DNA of 58,508 bases from Escherichia phage KarinMuster_Bas82, in sequence record PQ850612.1; one strand, written 5' to 3'. The notes below the pieces were generated by a model. The model did not search any database and was not told where the DNA came from. It saw only the letters and a list, made by a program, of their open reading frames with translations. A program made the position numbers and the translations under genes. Below, piece after piece: positions 1-9,502 of this stretch; within the stretch, counting starts at the first letter, position 1; the number at the start of each line of letters is the position of its first letter.

Positions 1-1764
1 ATGAATAAGTTTACTGGAAATATTCATAATTACCCGCGCTGGCGGGATGCTTACGCAAACGACGAACGTATCTGGCGAAAAGGTCAGCCACGACCAGATT
101 ACAAACAGTGTTACATTGACCGCATTAACCTGTTAAATCGTATGCGCACGGATCGGACAATTGTCCCGGTACTGAAAAAGTATTACGAAACAAACCCGGT
201 AGCATTCATTCTCGACTGGGCGTTTACTTATGACCCGCGTAACGTCGGTACTGAATACCCACCCAACATGCCTTTCTGCCTTTTCGAACGTCAAATCGAC
301 ATGGTTCAGTTTGTTTACGAAGCGCTTGAAGACAAAGAAAAAGGGCTTTGGGAAAAATCGCGAGACTATGGTGCGACCTGGGTAGCCTGTGGTTTGTCCG
401 TGTGGGCGTGGCTGTATCGTCCTGGTTCGTCAGTCGGCTGGGGTTCACGTAAAGAACAGCTTGTCGATAAACTGGGCGACCCGGATAGTATTTTTGAAAA
501 GATTCGCCAGATTATCCGCGCATTACCACCGGAATTACGTCCTGTTGGTCTGCGTGAAAAAGATCATCTGGTTTATATGAAATGTATCAACCCAGAAAAC
601 GGTGCAACAATTACTGGTGAAGCTGGCGATAACATCGGTCGTGGTGGTCGTAAATCTGTCTATTTCTTGGATGAAGCGGCACACGTAGATCGTCCTGAAC
701 TGATTGAAGCGTCGTTGTCAGCTAACACCAACGTCCGTATTGATATCAGTTCGGTTAATGGCGTCGGTAACGTTTTTTATCGCAATCGTAAAGCTGGTCT
801 GGAATGGGAACCGGGCAAGAAATTACCTCGTGGTAAATTGCGTGTTATGGTTCTGGACTGGCGCGATCACCCAGCTAAAGATGACGAATGGTATAAGCGA
901 GAAAAACAATCGTTCGCTGAAAAAGGTTTACAGCATATTTTCGCACAGGAAGTTGACCGCGATTATGCCGCTGCTGTTCAGGGTGTACTGATTAAAGCTG
1001 AATGGGTTCGCGCTGCTTTTGATGCTTTCCGTGACACAGAATGGCGCAAAGCTAATGGACTACTTACACCAACAGGTCAACGTATCGCCGGACAGGATGC
1101 CGCAGACGGTGGTGAAGATGCCAGTGCGCTGGTAATTGCTCACGGTGTATTCCTGACACATCTGCAACTTGACCACAGGGGCGCTGAACTGGCTGCACCA
1201 GGAATGTTGACGATGGCTAATATGCTGGGTGTTGATGAATACTGGTACGAAGTTAACGGTGTTGGTACAGGCGTTAAAGTAGCGGCAAACGACCGAAAAG
1301 ATATTTTACGCTTCCGTGTGCGCCCGTGGTTACCGAATGGAAAAGTTGTGGATCCGGGTGGTGATATTATCGGTGGTACGAAACCTGGCGATAAAGACCG
1401 TAAATCAAACAAAGATTATTTCTCAAATTATAAAGCACAGGCATCGTGGGCGTTACGCCTGCGTTGTCAGCGAATTTATAAATGGTATGTGGAAGGTCAA
1501 CCACAGGATCCGGACGAAATCATTCTGATTGATCCATCACTGGAAAATGCACAACGGTTAGAAGCTGAGTTAAGTCAGCCAACGTATACCAGTAACGGTG
1601 CCGGGAAGATTGTGATCGACAAGAAACCAAACGGAAGTAAGTCACCAAACTTTTTCGATGCTGCGGTTATTGCACTATCACCAAAACGCACTGAATTTGT
1701 CGAAGAACCATTTACTGGTGGTGTGAATCCTGTTGGTACTCCTGAATACGGTGACATTTTTTAA
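1..1764 (+). CDS. terL: terminase large subunit
   Basis: 587-aa ORF; deviant Walker A-like KSRDYGATW, Walker B-like VYFLDEAAH, acidic C-terminal nuclease-like half; ORF starts at window base 1 so true 5' end may lie upstream. Confidence 0.75.
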   Translation: MNKFTGNIHNYPRWRDAYANDERIWRKGQPRPDYKQCYIDRINLLNRMRTDRTIVPVLKKYYETNPVAFILDWAFTYDPRNVGTEYPPNMPFCLFERQIDMVQFVYEALEDKEKGLWEKSRDYGATWVACGLSVWAWLYRPGSSVGWGSRKEQLVDKLGDPDSIFEKIRQIIRALPPELRPVGLREKDHLVYMKCINPENGATITGEAGDNIGRGGRKSVYFLDEAAHVDRPELIEASLSANTNVRIDISSVNGVGNVFYRNRKAGLEWEPGKKLPRGKLRVMVLDWRDHPAKDDEWYKREKQSFAEKGLQHIFAQEVDRDYAAAVQGVLIKAEWVRAAFDAFRDTEWRKANGLLTPTGQRIAGQDAADGGEDASALVIAHGVFLTHLQLDHRGAELAAPGMLTMANMLGVDEYWYEVNGVGTGVKVAANDRKDILRFRVRPWLPNGKVVDPGGDIIGGTKPGDKDRKSNKDYFSNYKAQASWALRLRCQRIYKWYVEGQPQDPDEIILIDPSLENAQRLEAELSQPTYTSNGAGKIVIDKKPNGSKSPNFFDAAVIALSPKRTEFVEEPFTGGVNPVGTPEYGDIF

Positions 1765-1772
1765 AACAGTGT

Positions 1773-1803
1773 GGCGGGATTATTCCCGCCCGTTTTCTTT
1801 TTA
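1773..1803 (+). terminator. rho-independent terminator after terL
   Basis: GGCGGGA-tta-TCCCGCC hairpin followed by T-rich run. Confidence 0.6.
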
Positions 1804-1837
1804 ATTCTTGACAAATTACATTATAAATGTTTGTAAA
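1803..1837 (+). promoter_or_regulatory. promoter-like element, degenerate copy of conserved family
   Basis: AATTCTTGACAAATTAC with -35 TTGACA about 1808-1813; -10 not clear. Confidence 0.4.
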
Positions 1838-1926
1838 TTATATGTTAGATTAATGTAACGCGTTTATACTCCTGTAGGTAACCGATCGGTTACAGTTAAT
1901 TAACATTCTCTCACAGGAGTTTCAAC

Positions 1927-2625
1927 ATGTCTGACATGACTTTAGTTCCCACTGGCGGTTTCGGCGGTGAAGCTGGCGCGGCTGCACTTGGTGGTGGTAT
2001 CGGCGGTCTTATCGGTTCCTGGTTCGGTAACGGCTGGGGTGGTGCCGGTGGTTGGGGTGGTCGTGGTATTGGTGCTGCTGAAGGTGTTGTTGTTCAGAAC
2101 TCTCTGGATACTAACGCTATTCTTCAGGCTATTAATGCGGCGTCACTGGCTAACATTCAGGGTCAGAATGGTACTAACCTGACTGTTGAACGCTCAGCAG
2201 CTTCTACCTATAACGGTCTGACCCAACAAAACACACAAAACCTGCTGGCAAACGTTCAAGGTTTTGCAGGTCTGAACACTCAGATTCAGCAGGGTACGAA
2301 CACCGTGACCAATGCGATCTGTGCGTCTGAAACTGCGGCACTGACTCGTTCTTTCCAGGCACAGTTAGCGGCTGAGAAGTGTTGCTGCGAAACCAACCTG
2401 AACATTGAACGTCAGGCGGAAGCAACTCGTGCACTGATCCGTGATCAGTTCGCACAGTCTCAGGCTGTTCTGATTTGTGACCTGAAATCTCAGATTCAAA
2501 CCCGTGACTTCCAGTTGTCTCAATTGTCACAAACGTCTCAGTTGGCGTGCAAAATTAACCAGGTCGATCAGCTTATTAACTTCAAGCTGCCTACTCCGCA
2601 AACTCCACCGACTGGCTGCTGCTAA
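1927..2625 (+). CDS. glycine-rich / Q,N-rich protein ending in Cys-Cys
   Basis: 232-aa ORF with SD AGGAG upstream; N-terminal GGxGG tract, C-terminal CCCE and terminal GCC. Confidence 0.6.
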   Translation: MSDMTLVPTGGFGGEAGAAALGGGIGGLIGSWFGNGWGGAGGWGGRGIGAAEGVVVQNSLDTNAILQAINAASLANIQGQNGTNLTVERSAASTYNGLTQQNTQNLLANVQGFAGLNTQIQQGTNTVTNAICASETAALTRSFQAQLAAEKCCCETNLNIERQAEATRALIRDQFAQSQAVLICDLKSQIQTRDFQLSQLSQTSQLACKINQVDQLINFKLPTPQTPPTGCC

Positions 2626-2675
2626 TTGGTCAACTAAGCGCCTCTGTACGGGGCGCTTTAACAGGAGATAAGAGT

Positions 2676-3035
2676 ATGCATTACAAACCGTATTACGTTA
2701 TCAAAAAAGACGATGATGACGATGAAGAGGAAGATGTAGAAATTCATCACCATCATCATTATCACCACGGGCATCACCCGGACACGATGGGAGTATTTCA
2801 TCATGATAGCTATGCTGGCGAACATGATTCAGTTATGGCCCATGTTAAAGCACGTATGGATAACCCTCCTTCGACTTGGGCGTCGTACCACGATAAGCCC
2901 GGCGGGATGATGTCCATTGTTGAAATGGAATATCGCGAACTGATGGAAGAAAAAACCGAAGGTTCGACGTCTGGTATTAAAAAAGAGCTAACGGATCTGG
3001 CTGCAGCCTGTATCCAAGCACTTAAAAAGATGTAA
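2676..3035 (+). CDS. histidine-rich acidic protein
   Basis: 119-aa ORF, SD AGGAG; DDDDDEEED tract followed by HHHHHYHHGHH. Confidence 0.6.
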   Translation: MHYKPYYVIKKDDDDDEEEDVEIHHHHHYHHGHHPDTMGVFHHDSYAGEHDSVMAHVKARMDNPPSTWASYHDKPGGMMSIVEMEYRELMEEKTEGSTSGIKKELTDLAAACIQALKKM

Positions 3036-3051
3036 CTAACAGGAAACCGAC

Positions 3052-3555
3052 ATGCAGAATATTAACGCAGGTATGGGTGTCACCCAGTTTAACGGTATGA
3101 AACCGCGAAGCACTATTAACATTGGTGGTGTGGAGTGGTCATTACGTCGGGATGCCACTGACTCAACAACAATGTTTCCTCATCCGAAGGTAAGCTGGCT
3201 TAACGCTGGTTGTGAGCCGATGGGTGATGGTCGTTTTCATTACTGTTGGATTTTGGGTGTGATTCCCCCGACACCGGGGACAATCGAACGACCTGTTAAT
3301 GTGATGTATGTTGGTTTCCATCAATTTAAAATTAATATCGCACCTAATTCAATTAGTCAGGCTGATTTAGACAGGATGCATGTTTATGTCAGCGATACTT
3401 CTCACTTTGCTGGTGAATTTGTCAGTAAGTTTTTAGGTACAGAACCTGAACCTGTGGAAACTCGTGAAAATATCAGCCCGTGGCCCCCGATGAATGATCC
3501 TCGTGAGCAACCAAAAGTAGCAAAAAATAAGGTAAACGAAGATGACGAAGAATGA
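3052..3555 (+). CDS. hypothetical protein
   Basis: 167-aa ORF with SD AGGAAA, same operon. Confidence 0.5.
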   Translation: MQNINAGMGVTQFNGMKPRSTINIGGVEWSLRRDATDSTTMFPHPKVSWLNAGCEPMGDGRFHYCWILGVIPPTPGTIERPVNVMYVGFHQFKINIAPNSISQADLDRMHVYVSDTSHFAGEFVSKFLGTEPEPVETRENISPWPPMNDPREQPKVAKNKVNEDDEE

Positions 3556-3796
3556 AGGGGTAGACAAAGTAGTCGAAAGTCTGGGGTTACGCGCACACGT
3601 AATCGTAGACGAAGGTCACAGTCAAGAAGCGATCATGAAGTCGGCATTTAACGATTTTAAAGCATTGGGTTCAATGAGTGGGGTCATGGCAGTGATGACT
3701 ACCGGGAAATTGAGCCAGCAACAGTTAGACCTGGCGCAACGTATCGCTGTGAAAGTAATTGCCGTTTTAGGTCTTAAAGAGTCAGAAAAAGCGTAA
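3542..3796 (+). CDS. hypothetical protein
   Basis: 84-aa ORF overlapping upstream stop. Confidence 0.45.
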   Translation: MTKNEGVDKVVESLGLRAHVIVDEGHSQEAIMKSAFNDFKALGSMSGVMAVMTTGKLSQQQLDLAQRIAVKVIAVLGLKESEKA

Positions 3797-3982
3797 AAAG
3801 GGGGTTATTATGTGTTGTAGAACATCGTGTTGTCTGGGAAGTCCTGCTACGCAATTTGGTCTTCTTCAGTCACAGATTGCACATACTCAGGCCGTTTTCA
3901 GAGGGTTTACCAGTCCGTTCATAGTACCGTTACAGTTTTCCGCGTTCACAGTTAGGCCTTTTGTGTTTTACTGATCGACTTT

Positions 3983-4008
3983 GCCCCAGAACTGTCCGGG
4001 GCTTTTTT
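3983..4008 (+). terminator. rho-independent terminator
   Basis: GCCCC...GGGGC hairpin then TTTTTT at about 4003-4008. Confidence 0.6.
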
Positions 4009-4283
4009 CAACGTCTGAAAGATGAAAGAACAGCGAGGCTAACAGAACCTAAACCGAATATGACGGCGTATGTTAGCTGATATTGAAGTTTCACAAAACC
4101 GTAATAATCGCTTTGTAATTCCACGATGTCAAAAGCAATTGAAAAACTGGTTACCAGCAACATGATTGAAAGAACACGAATCAGAGCAACTGCTAACCCT
4201 ATCACCCCTTGTTCTTTTTTCTCAGTTGTAATAACGACAACAATCATTAACAGAAGCGAAAAAGCAATATACATGTATTCCAT
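4008..4283 (-). CDS. small membrane protein
   Basis: 91-aa ORF, two hydrophobic segments. Confidence 0.5.
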   Translation of the reverse strand: MEYMYIAFSLLLMIVVVITTEKKEQGVIGLAVALIRVLSIMLLVTSFSIAFDIVELQSDYYGFVKLQYQLTYAVIFGLGSVSLAVLSSFRR

Positions 4284-4443
4284 AATTATTAGTCCCGATA
4301 AACTTCAGCACACCCATAAATTTTACCAGGGTTGTAAACCTGTTCAGCTTGTAACGCACCCTGACACTGTTCGAACGTCATAATGCGTTCTGTCACAGGT
4401 TCAATAGCCACACTATGCAGAACGAGCACCAGTACGTAACCAA

Positions 4444-4773
4444 TTAACATTTTCTTAGAGTCTCCCGCCAGCTCAGCCCGTGTAGGTTTACTTTACATAT
4501 AAGAATAAACGGAATATCAGGATCATACCATGAGCTACCGCTAATGTATGGGTCGTGTTCCCACGCGTAAACTTCACCGTCAGCATTAGTAGTAATAACT
4601 GTATAGTTTTCTGGTATAGTTACTGACAATCCAAAATACATTACAGTTTTATAAAGATTCATTTCAACCAGTGTCATTTTACAATCTGGTGCTTCTTCGT
4701 GGATATCCCACGATTTACCACAGTGTGAACACTGATATTCATCGTTACAGCGAATAGCGTTTACATGATTCAT
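4444..4773 (-). CDS. hypothetical Cys-containing protein
   Basis: start re-assigned to MNHVNAIR with SD AGGAGAATAATC; CSHCGKSW motif. Confidence 0.5.
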   Translation of the reverse strand: MNHVNAIRCNDEYQCSHCGKSWDIHEEAPDCKMTLVEMNLYKTVMYFGLSVTIPENYTVITTNADGEVYAWEHDPYISGSSWYDPDIPFILICKVNLHGLSWRETLRKC

Positions 4774-4775
4774 GA

Positions 4776-4934
4776 TTATTCTCCGTTTATCATACCTTTC
4801 GGATAACATTTCGCCCACACGTGGCGTCCGGCTGTACGAATATCTTTGTTTACTTGTTCACATGCAGATTTACTATTAAATTCAGCGCTGCCGGCCATAT
4901 TACCACTAAGAATGAAAATCAGAACATATACCAT
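4776..4934 (-). CDS. small protein with signal-peptide-like N-terminus
   Basis: 52-codon ORF MVYVLIFILSGNMAGSA...; stop overlaps next start. Confidence 0.3.
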   Translation of the reverse strand: MVYVLIFILSGNMAGSAEFNSKSACEQVNKDIRTAGRHVWAKCYPKGMINGE

Positions 4935-4937
4935 AAA

Positions 4938-5084
4938 TTAAAACCCCTTACTTTTAGCAATTTGTTGTGCACGTTTTTTAGTGTGACCAGCCGAAATTAA
5001 ACGTTTAATTTCGGCTTTACGACGTACAAAGTGATCGGCGCGTGAATTTTCAAACCACGACTGACTAATATTTCTTGGATTCAT
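4938..5084 (-). CDS. small basic protein
   Basis: 48-aa ORF with SD GGAGACAG; ATGA overlap with upstream gene. Confidence 0.4.
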   Translation of the reverse strand: MNPRNISQSWFENSRADHFVRRKAEIKRLISAGHTKKRAQQIAKSKGF

Positions 5085-5392
5085 TTAACTGTCTCCGGTA
5101 CAAACCACATTGACGCAAGATATGCACACCCGGCAATTTTATGTTCGTGTTTAGGTTCGAAACTACCCAGAATCACGCTGATGTGTGCGTGGGCCTGTTT
5201 AAAATCCACACCTTTAACAGCAACCGCGTATTCTTTCAGACCATTGAAAAACCATTTGCTGACCCACTGATTCCACGGGTTAGAATTTTCGAAAAATTCT
5301 TTCGGAATACTACCCATCGCCGGGAGAAATTCAGCAATGTTTTTAGGTCCAAAAGCAATATCCAGTTGTGTAATATTTTCATTCGGTTTCAT
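5081..5392 (-). CDS. hypothetical protein
   Basis: 103-aa ORF, first gene downstream of conserved promoter. Confidence 0.55.
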   Translation of the reverse strand: MKPNENITQLDIAFGPKNIAEFLPAMGSIPKEFFENSNPWNQWVSKWFFNGLKEYAVAVKGVDFKQAHAHISVILGSFEPKHEHKIAGCAYLASMWFVPETVK

Positions 5393-5423
5393 AGTTATTA
5401 CCCTTCGTTCATTTGATGACTAA

Positions 5424-5466
5424 AGCATAATCGCACGTTTGCAATCCGTCAAGAATTATTTTAACA
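5424..5466 (-). promoter_or_regulatory. conserved phage promoter (leftward)
   Basis: minus strand reads TTAAAATAATTCTTGACGGATTGC; -35 TTGACG, 17-bp spacer, -10 TATGCT. Confidence 0.6.
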
Positions 5467-5534
5467 CCGTGCAAAAAAACCATCACTGATATAACATACG
5501 TTAAGAACCGTAAACCGTATGGAGCCTGTAGAAC

Positions 5535-6890
5535 ATGGCTGATCAACAATTCGAACAACTAGCCGTTGCCGGGTACAGTCGAACAGGCAACCAGGTAAAC
5601 GACGATTTCCTTCCTAAACTAAACGGTAAACAAGGCCGTCGTATTCTTCGTCAGATGGCTGAGAACGATGAAACGATCGGTGGTGTACTGTTTGCCATGA
5701 GCAGTGTTTATCGTTCTGTGCAATGGCTTTTCGACCCATCTGACAAAGATGATCCAGAAGCTATCCGTTATTCAGAATGGTTACAGGATGCTATTGAAAA
5801 TAAAATGGGTGATCCGCGTGGTGCACTCCCGGATGATACCTGGTCCGCGTTCGTTCAGACATGGACAGACGTTGATGTATTCGGCTGGGGTTGGTATGAC
5901 ATCTGGGTCAAAGACCTTGATGACGGCACCGTGGGTATTGCCCGTCTGGTTCCTGTAGCACCTGAAACACTTGCTGGATGGGATATAGAAGAACCGACAG
6001 GTTATGTTCGTGGTATTTATCAACGTTCACCTAACCAGGGTACAACGACGTTAATCACTCGTGACCGTTCGCTTCATTTGATTTCAAGTCCGAATAAAGG
6101 TAACCCGGAAGGTTTATCACTGCTGCGCACAGCTTATCGTCCGTGGTACTACAAAAAAGTGAATATGGAAATCGAATCCATACTTGCCGAACGTGGTACA
6201 GGGTTCCCGGTAATTACTGTTAACGCAGATATTAAGAAAGCGGCTAATGACCCCAACGTTCCTGAACAACAACGTCAGGCAGCACAGGCGATGATTGATA
6301 ACTATGAAAACATCGTCGCTAATATCAAACGCAATGAACAATCAGGACTGGTGATTTATTCTAAACCGTATATCACGGGTTACGATAACGAAACAGGTGT
6401 TACCACGTATGGTGGTGAACAACAGGTGAAACTGGAATTCGTTACACCTAACCAGACCAGTTCCGTGGATATTGATCGGACGATTAAACGTCTGGATACC
6501 AGTATTGCTCGCGCGTTACTGGCAGATTTTATGTTTTTCGGAACGGGTGGTAATACCGGGAATAATGCTAACCTGGGTAGTCGTACTGAATTATGGATCC
6601 GCGCAATGCAATCACGTATTGATAGCATTGTAGAATGTGTTAACCGTCAGTTGATACCACAGTTATGGTCGTTAAACGCATTTCCTGATGAATACCGCCC
6701 GTCGATTCGCGCCGGGTCGATCAGTAAAGACAGTATCGAAACGTTGACCACTGCACTTGCACGACTTGCACAAGCTGGCGCACCTGTATTCCCGGATCCA
6801 GACCTTCAGGAATACGTGTATAAAGAGGCGGGTCTACCTATTACGGGGATTGATAAAGCCGGGGACGGATTACCGTCTATTGACGACTGA
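5535..6890 (+). CDS. portal protein (putative)
   Basis: 451-aa ORF, size and position in morphogenesis module; no diagnostic motif. Confidence 0.5.
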   Translation: MADQQFEQLAVAGYSRTGNQVNDDFLPKLNGKQGRRILRQMAENDETIGGVLFAMSSVYRSVQWLFDPSDKDDPEAIRYSEWLQDAIENKMGDPRGALPDDTWSAFVQTWTDVDVFGWGWYDIWVKDLDDGTVGIARLVPVAPETLAGWDIEEPTGYVRGIYQRSPNQGTTTLITRDRSLHLISSPNKGNPEGLSLLRTAYRPWYYKKVNMEIESILAERGTGFPVITVNADIKKAANDPNVPEQQRQAAQAMIDNYENIVANIKRNEQSGLVIYSKPYITGYDNETGVTTYGGEQQVKLEFVTPNQTSSVDIDRTIKRLDTSIARALLADFMFFGTGGNTGNNANLGSRTELWIRAMQSRIDSIVECVNRQLIPQLWSLNAFPDEYRPSIRAGSISKDSIETLTTALARLAQAGAPVFPDPDLQEYVYKEAGLPITGIDKAGDGLPSIDD

Positions 6891-6898
6891 ATGAAAAA

Positions 6899-6925
6899 GG
6901 GACCAGAAACGGTCCCTTAATTTTT
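6899..6925. terminator. bidirectional terminator between convergent genes
   Basis: GGGACC-agaaac-GGTCCC hairpin with T-rich flank. Confidence 0.6.
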
Positions 6926-7256
6926 ACTTAGTTTCAGGCTGCACGATTGACAGTAATTTACTCGCTTCATCAACCGCAGTCTGAATACGAGTCTGTAACG
7001 GATAACTGTTGTTGATCGCACGTTCCAGCGTTTTATCAAGCAATTGTAGTTTAACCTCATCATCGCCAGTGAACGCGTACATATCAGCAACGACTTCCTT
7101 AAACTGTGATGCTTGCTCAACAATAGTCGTGGTTACAATGTATTTCCAGACTTTGTTAAGTAGTTTAAATTTCACTTCGTTGTCAGCAACTGCATCAACC
7201 AGAATTTCAGCAGCAGTCTTGTCATATTTAACAAGCTCAAGAATTTCAAAACGCAT
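6924..7256 (-). CDS. hypothetical protein
   Basis: 110-aa ORF. Confidence 0.45.
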   Translation of the reverse strand: MRFEILELVKYDKTAAEILVDAVADNEVKFKLLNKVWKYIVTTTIVEQASQFKEVVADMYAFTGDDEVKLQLLDKTLERAINNSYPLQTRIQTAVDEASKLLSIVQPETK

Positions 7257-7271
7257 TTAAGTTTTCTCCTG

Positions 7272-7616
7272 TCAATTAACGTACTTCGCGATCAGTTTAT
7301 CACAGTCTTCGCGACAGGTAGCATACTTAAACAGGTCACTGGCTGCTTCTGCCCGGTAGTCAGTATCAATGGTGTAATGTTCATTAACATAGTTATAGGC
7401 TGCAAGGTAGTTACTGAACATCCCCGTGGTTACCACTTTCGGTTGTTCCCTTACGACCTTACCGTTAAACAGATATGCGATTAGCAAAATCAGACCACCG
7501 ATCACAGGACTTGTGAGAAATGCGATAAAGAACCATACACCAGGGTTACGACCTGTTTGTTTGGCAACACCCGCGACAACCAGACAGAAAAGAATCCATA
7601 AAATAATGAATAACAT
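7272..7616 (-). CDS. membrane protein
   Basis: 114-aa ORF, two N-terminal hydrophobic helices; downstream of conserved promoter. Confidence 0.5.
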   Translation of the reverse strand: MLFIILWILFCLVVAGVAKQTGRNPGVWFFIAFLTSPVIGGLILLIAYLFNGKVVREQPKVVTTGMFSNYLAAYNYVNEHYTIDTDYRAEAASDLFKYATCREDCDKLIAKYVN

Positions 7617-7646
7617 GATTATGTCCTCCTTTGTTTTGATGTTTGT

Positions 7647-7690
7647 AGGTTACACGTCCTTGTGTAATCCATCAAGAATTATTTTAAATT
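7647..7690 (-). promoter_or_regulatory. conserved phage promoter (leftward)
   Basis: TTAAAATAATTCTTGATGGATTAC; -10 TAACCT. Confidence 0.55.
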
Positions 7691-7936
7691 ATCATAGACG
7701 GGCGGTAAACCCATTGCGGCCTGTACAGACCGTTTTTCGTATTCCTCCCGAAGTTTCTGAAGCTGTTCAATACCGATGTCACAACCACGCATTATATCAG
7801 CGCACAGATCGTTGTAGGTCGCTTCAGATTGCTTGCTGTGTGGGTAATCAACACAGGACGGATCTGCAATAATGACTTTCGGCAGATACGCGACAGTATC
7901 GCCCATTGCGTTTTTAAATATCGTCATAGTTAGCAC
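7679..7936 (-). CDS. hypothetical protein
   Basis: 85-aa ORF. Confidence 0.4.
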   Translation of the reverse strand: MLTMTIFKNAMGDTVAYLPKVIIADPSCVDYPHSKQSEATYNDLCADIMRGCDIGIEQLQKLREEYEKRSVQAAMGLPPVYDNLK

Positions 7937-8409
7937 CCATGATTAAGTTCCTGACCTGGTTGAACACGAGTACCACAACATTTACAAACATAGCGCCACT
8001 CAAAACCGGGTTGTTCGTTGTAATTACGCCACCCTGCGTTATATAAAGCTGACGCAAGTTTAATATAAGATTCAGAACCTTTAGAATCACCATAATGACT
8101 AATTAAAACATAAACTAGGTTATCAATATCCTTTTCACGTTCTTTCGGAATAGGTCTGAAGTTTTCCGCGTTACCTACAATAAACGATTGTGTACCGTCA
8201 TCAGGCTTTAACCATGTATCATCACCATGATGACCTAATACCGTCACCTTTACCCAATCGTGATCAACGCTTGCTAACCACTCGCATACTGTACCGACAG
8301 GTGGTAAACCTTCACCATCCCATTGTTGTTTTTCATTCACATAGTCAGGACAAATACCATGTTTTTGATCACTGTTATCACGCATGTGTTTTTCACAAAA
8401 ACTTTTCAT
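7930..8409 (-). CDS. hypothetical protein
   Basis: 159-aa ORF. Confidence 0.5.
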   Translation of the reverse strand: MKSFCEKHMRDNSDQKHGICPDYVNEKQQWDGEGLPPVGTVCEWLASVDHDWVKVTVLGHHGDDTWLKPDDGTQSFIVGNAENFRPIPKEREKDIDNLVYVLISHYGDSKGSESYIKLASALYNAGWRNYNEQPGFEWRYVCKCCGTRVQPGQELNHGC

Positions 8410-8735
8410 AAATACGACCCCACAATTGCTGCACAGTTGACGATCGCTAAACGCGTTGCTTTTTCACGGTCTTCTCCGTGGCTAACTGGTTGCTTATAAT
8501 TAACGCCGGTGTCAGGGTTATTAACCGTCACTTCGTTGTCACGAACATCCAGATCCATGTACATGTTAACCATCAGACTGAAAGCATCCTCATTACGTGT
8601 AAGAGGGTTCCACAGGCGACCATTACCTATATCAATACCTTCGTTTATGTAACGTTCGTCGTACGCGACGTAATATTTACCCTGGATTTCAGCAGCCTTT
8701 GCTGCGTTAACTAATAAATCACGATTGTTCATCAC
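8406..8735 (-). CDS. hypothetical protein
   Basis: 109-aa ORF, overlapping stop/start. Confidence 0.5.
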   Translation of the reverse strand: MMNNRDLLVNAAKAAEIQGKYYVAYDERYINEGIDIGNGRLWNPLTRNEDAFSLMVNMYMDLDVRDNEVTVNNPDTGVNYKQPVSHGEDREKATRLAIVNCAAIVGSYL

Positions 8736-9235
8736 ACCCGTCCTGTTGATCCAAACCCGCCATTACGCTGACTATCAACATCTGGTAATTCTTCCACTTC
8801 AACCAGATTAACAGGTTCGACACGTTCAACCATGAGCTGACAAACGCGTTCACCGTCTGCGATAGTCTGTAATTTCTGCCCGTGGTTAGTCAGCGTAACG
8901 TAGTATTCTTCTTTATAATCACGATCACCGATACCCACACAGTTGATCAGTGACAAACCGTGTTTAAGACTCATGCCGGAACGTGGATAAAATTTAATGC
9001 AATATCCGTTATCAACTGACATTTTCAGACCAGTGGGGATCATAGCGCGGTCGCCGGGCCATAATGCGATTGTTCCTGCAACAACCGGACGTTCTACTTT
9101 AGCGCCTGATTCTGTGAATATGGTTACCGATTCTTCCCATAGGCAAGCACGAACGTCTAATCCGGCGCTGTCTGGTGTTGCACGTGTCGGAAGTTCAGCG
9201 TGGGGTGTTAGTTTTTTGATATACAGGTTAGTCAT
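8732..9235 (-). CDS. dut: dUTP diphosphatase
   Basis: 167 aa; dUTPase motifs AGLDVRA, PRSGMSLKHGL, GIGDRDYKEE, RNGGFGSTG. Confidence 0.9.
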   Translation of the reverse strand: MTNLYIKKLTPHAELPTRATPDSAGLDVRACLWEESVTIFTESGAKVERPVVAGTIALWPGDRAMIPTGLKMSVDNGYCIKFYPRSGMSLKHGLSLINCVGIGDRDYKEEYYVTLTNHGQKLQTIADGERVCQLMVERVEPVNLVEVEELPDVDSQRNGGFGSTGRV

Positions 9236-9395
9236 TGTTTAATTCCTTTTGTTTTACTAGTAAAAAATCAATTTCAAGAGAACCTTGTCGATCTAAAATC
9301 TCGGTGTATTTACGGACACGAATTGGTAAAAGTTCACCACTATCAATCAGATCCGAGATTTCTCGCAATTGTTTAGCAACATCTTCATTAGTCAT
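9228..9395 (-). CDS. small hypothetical protein
   Basis: 55-aa ORF with SD GAGGAA; stop overlaps dut start. Confidence 0.4.
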   Translation of the reverse strand: MTNEDVAKQLREISDLIDSGELLPIRVRKYTEILDRQGSLEIDFLLVKQKELNND

Positions 9396-9430
9396 TGTTT
9401 GATTCCTCAGTGTGTTTCGTTCGTGACAAA

Positions 9431-9474
9431 TGTTAGTGTTACTGCTTGCAATGTGTCAAGAATTATTTTAAAAT
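9431..9474. promoter_or_regulatory. divergent promoter pair built on the conserved element
   Basis: leftward -35 TTGACA with -10 CTAACA; rightward -35 TTGCAA (9446-9451), 17-bp spacer, -10 TAAAAT. Confidence 0.55.
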
Positions 9475-9502
9475 TCTGTCAACGTTAACCAATGAGGAAC
9501 GA

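Noticed and set aside
2676-3035. MazG-like pyrophosphohydrolase call for the His-rich protein
   Set aside because: Only a loose resemblance of the acidic C-terminal helix (EMEYRELMEE); the EExxE...D signature could not be matched with confidence.
3797-3982. Possible tRNA in the intergenic region after the first operon
   Set aside because: No T-loop (GTTCRANYC) or cloverleaf could be recognised by eye; the few GGTTCGAA matches elsewhere fall inside coding sequence. A tRNA scan would settle it.
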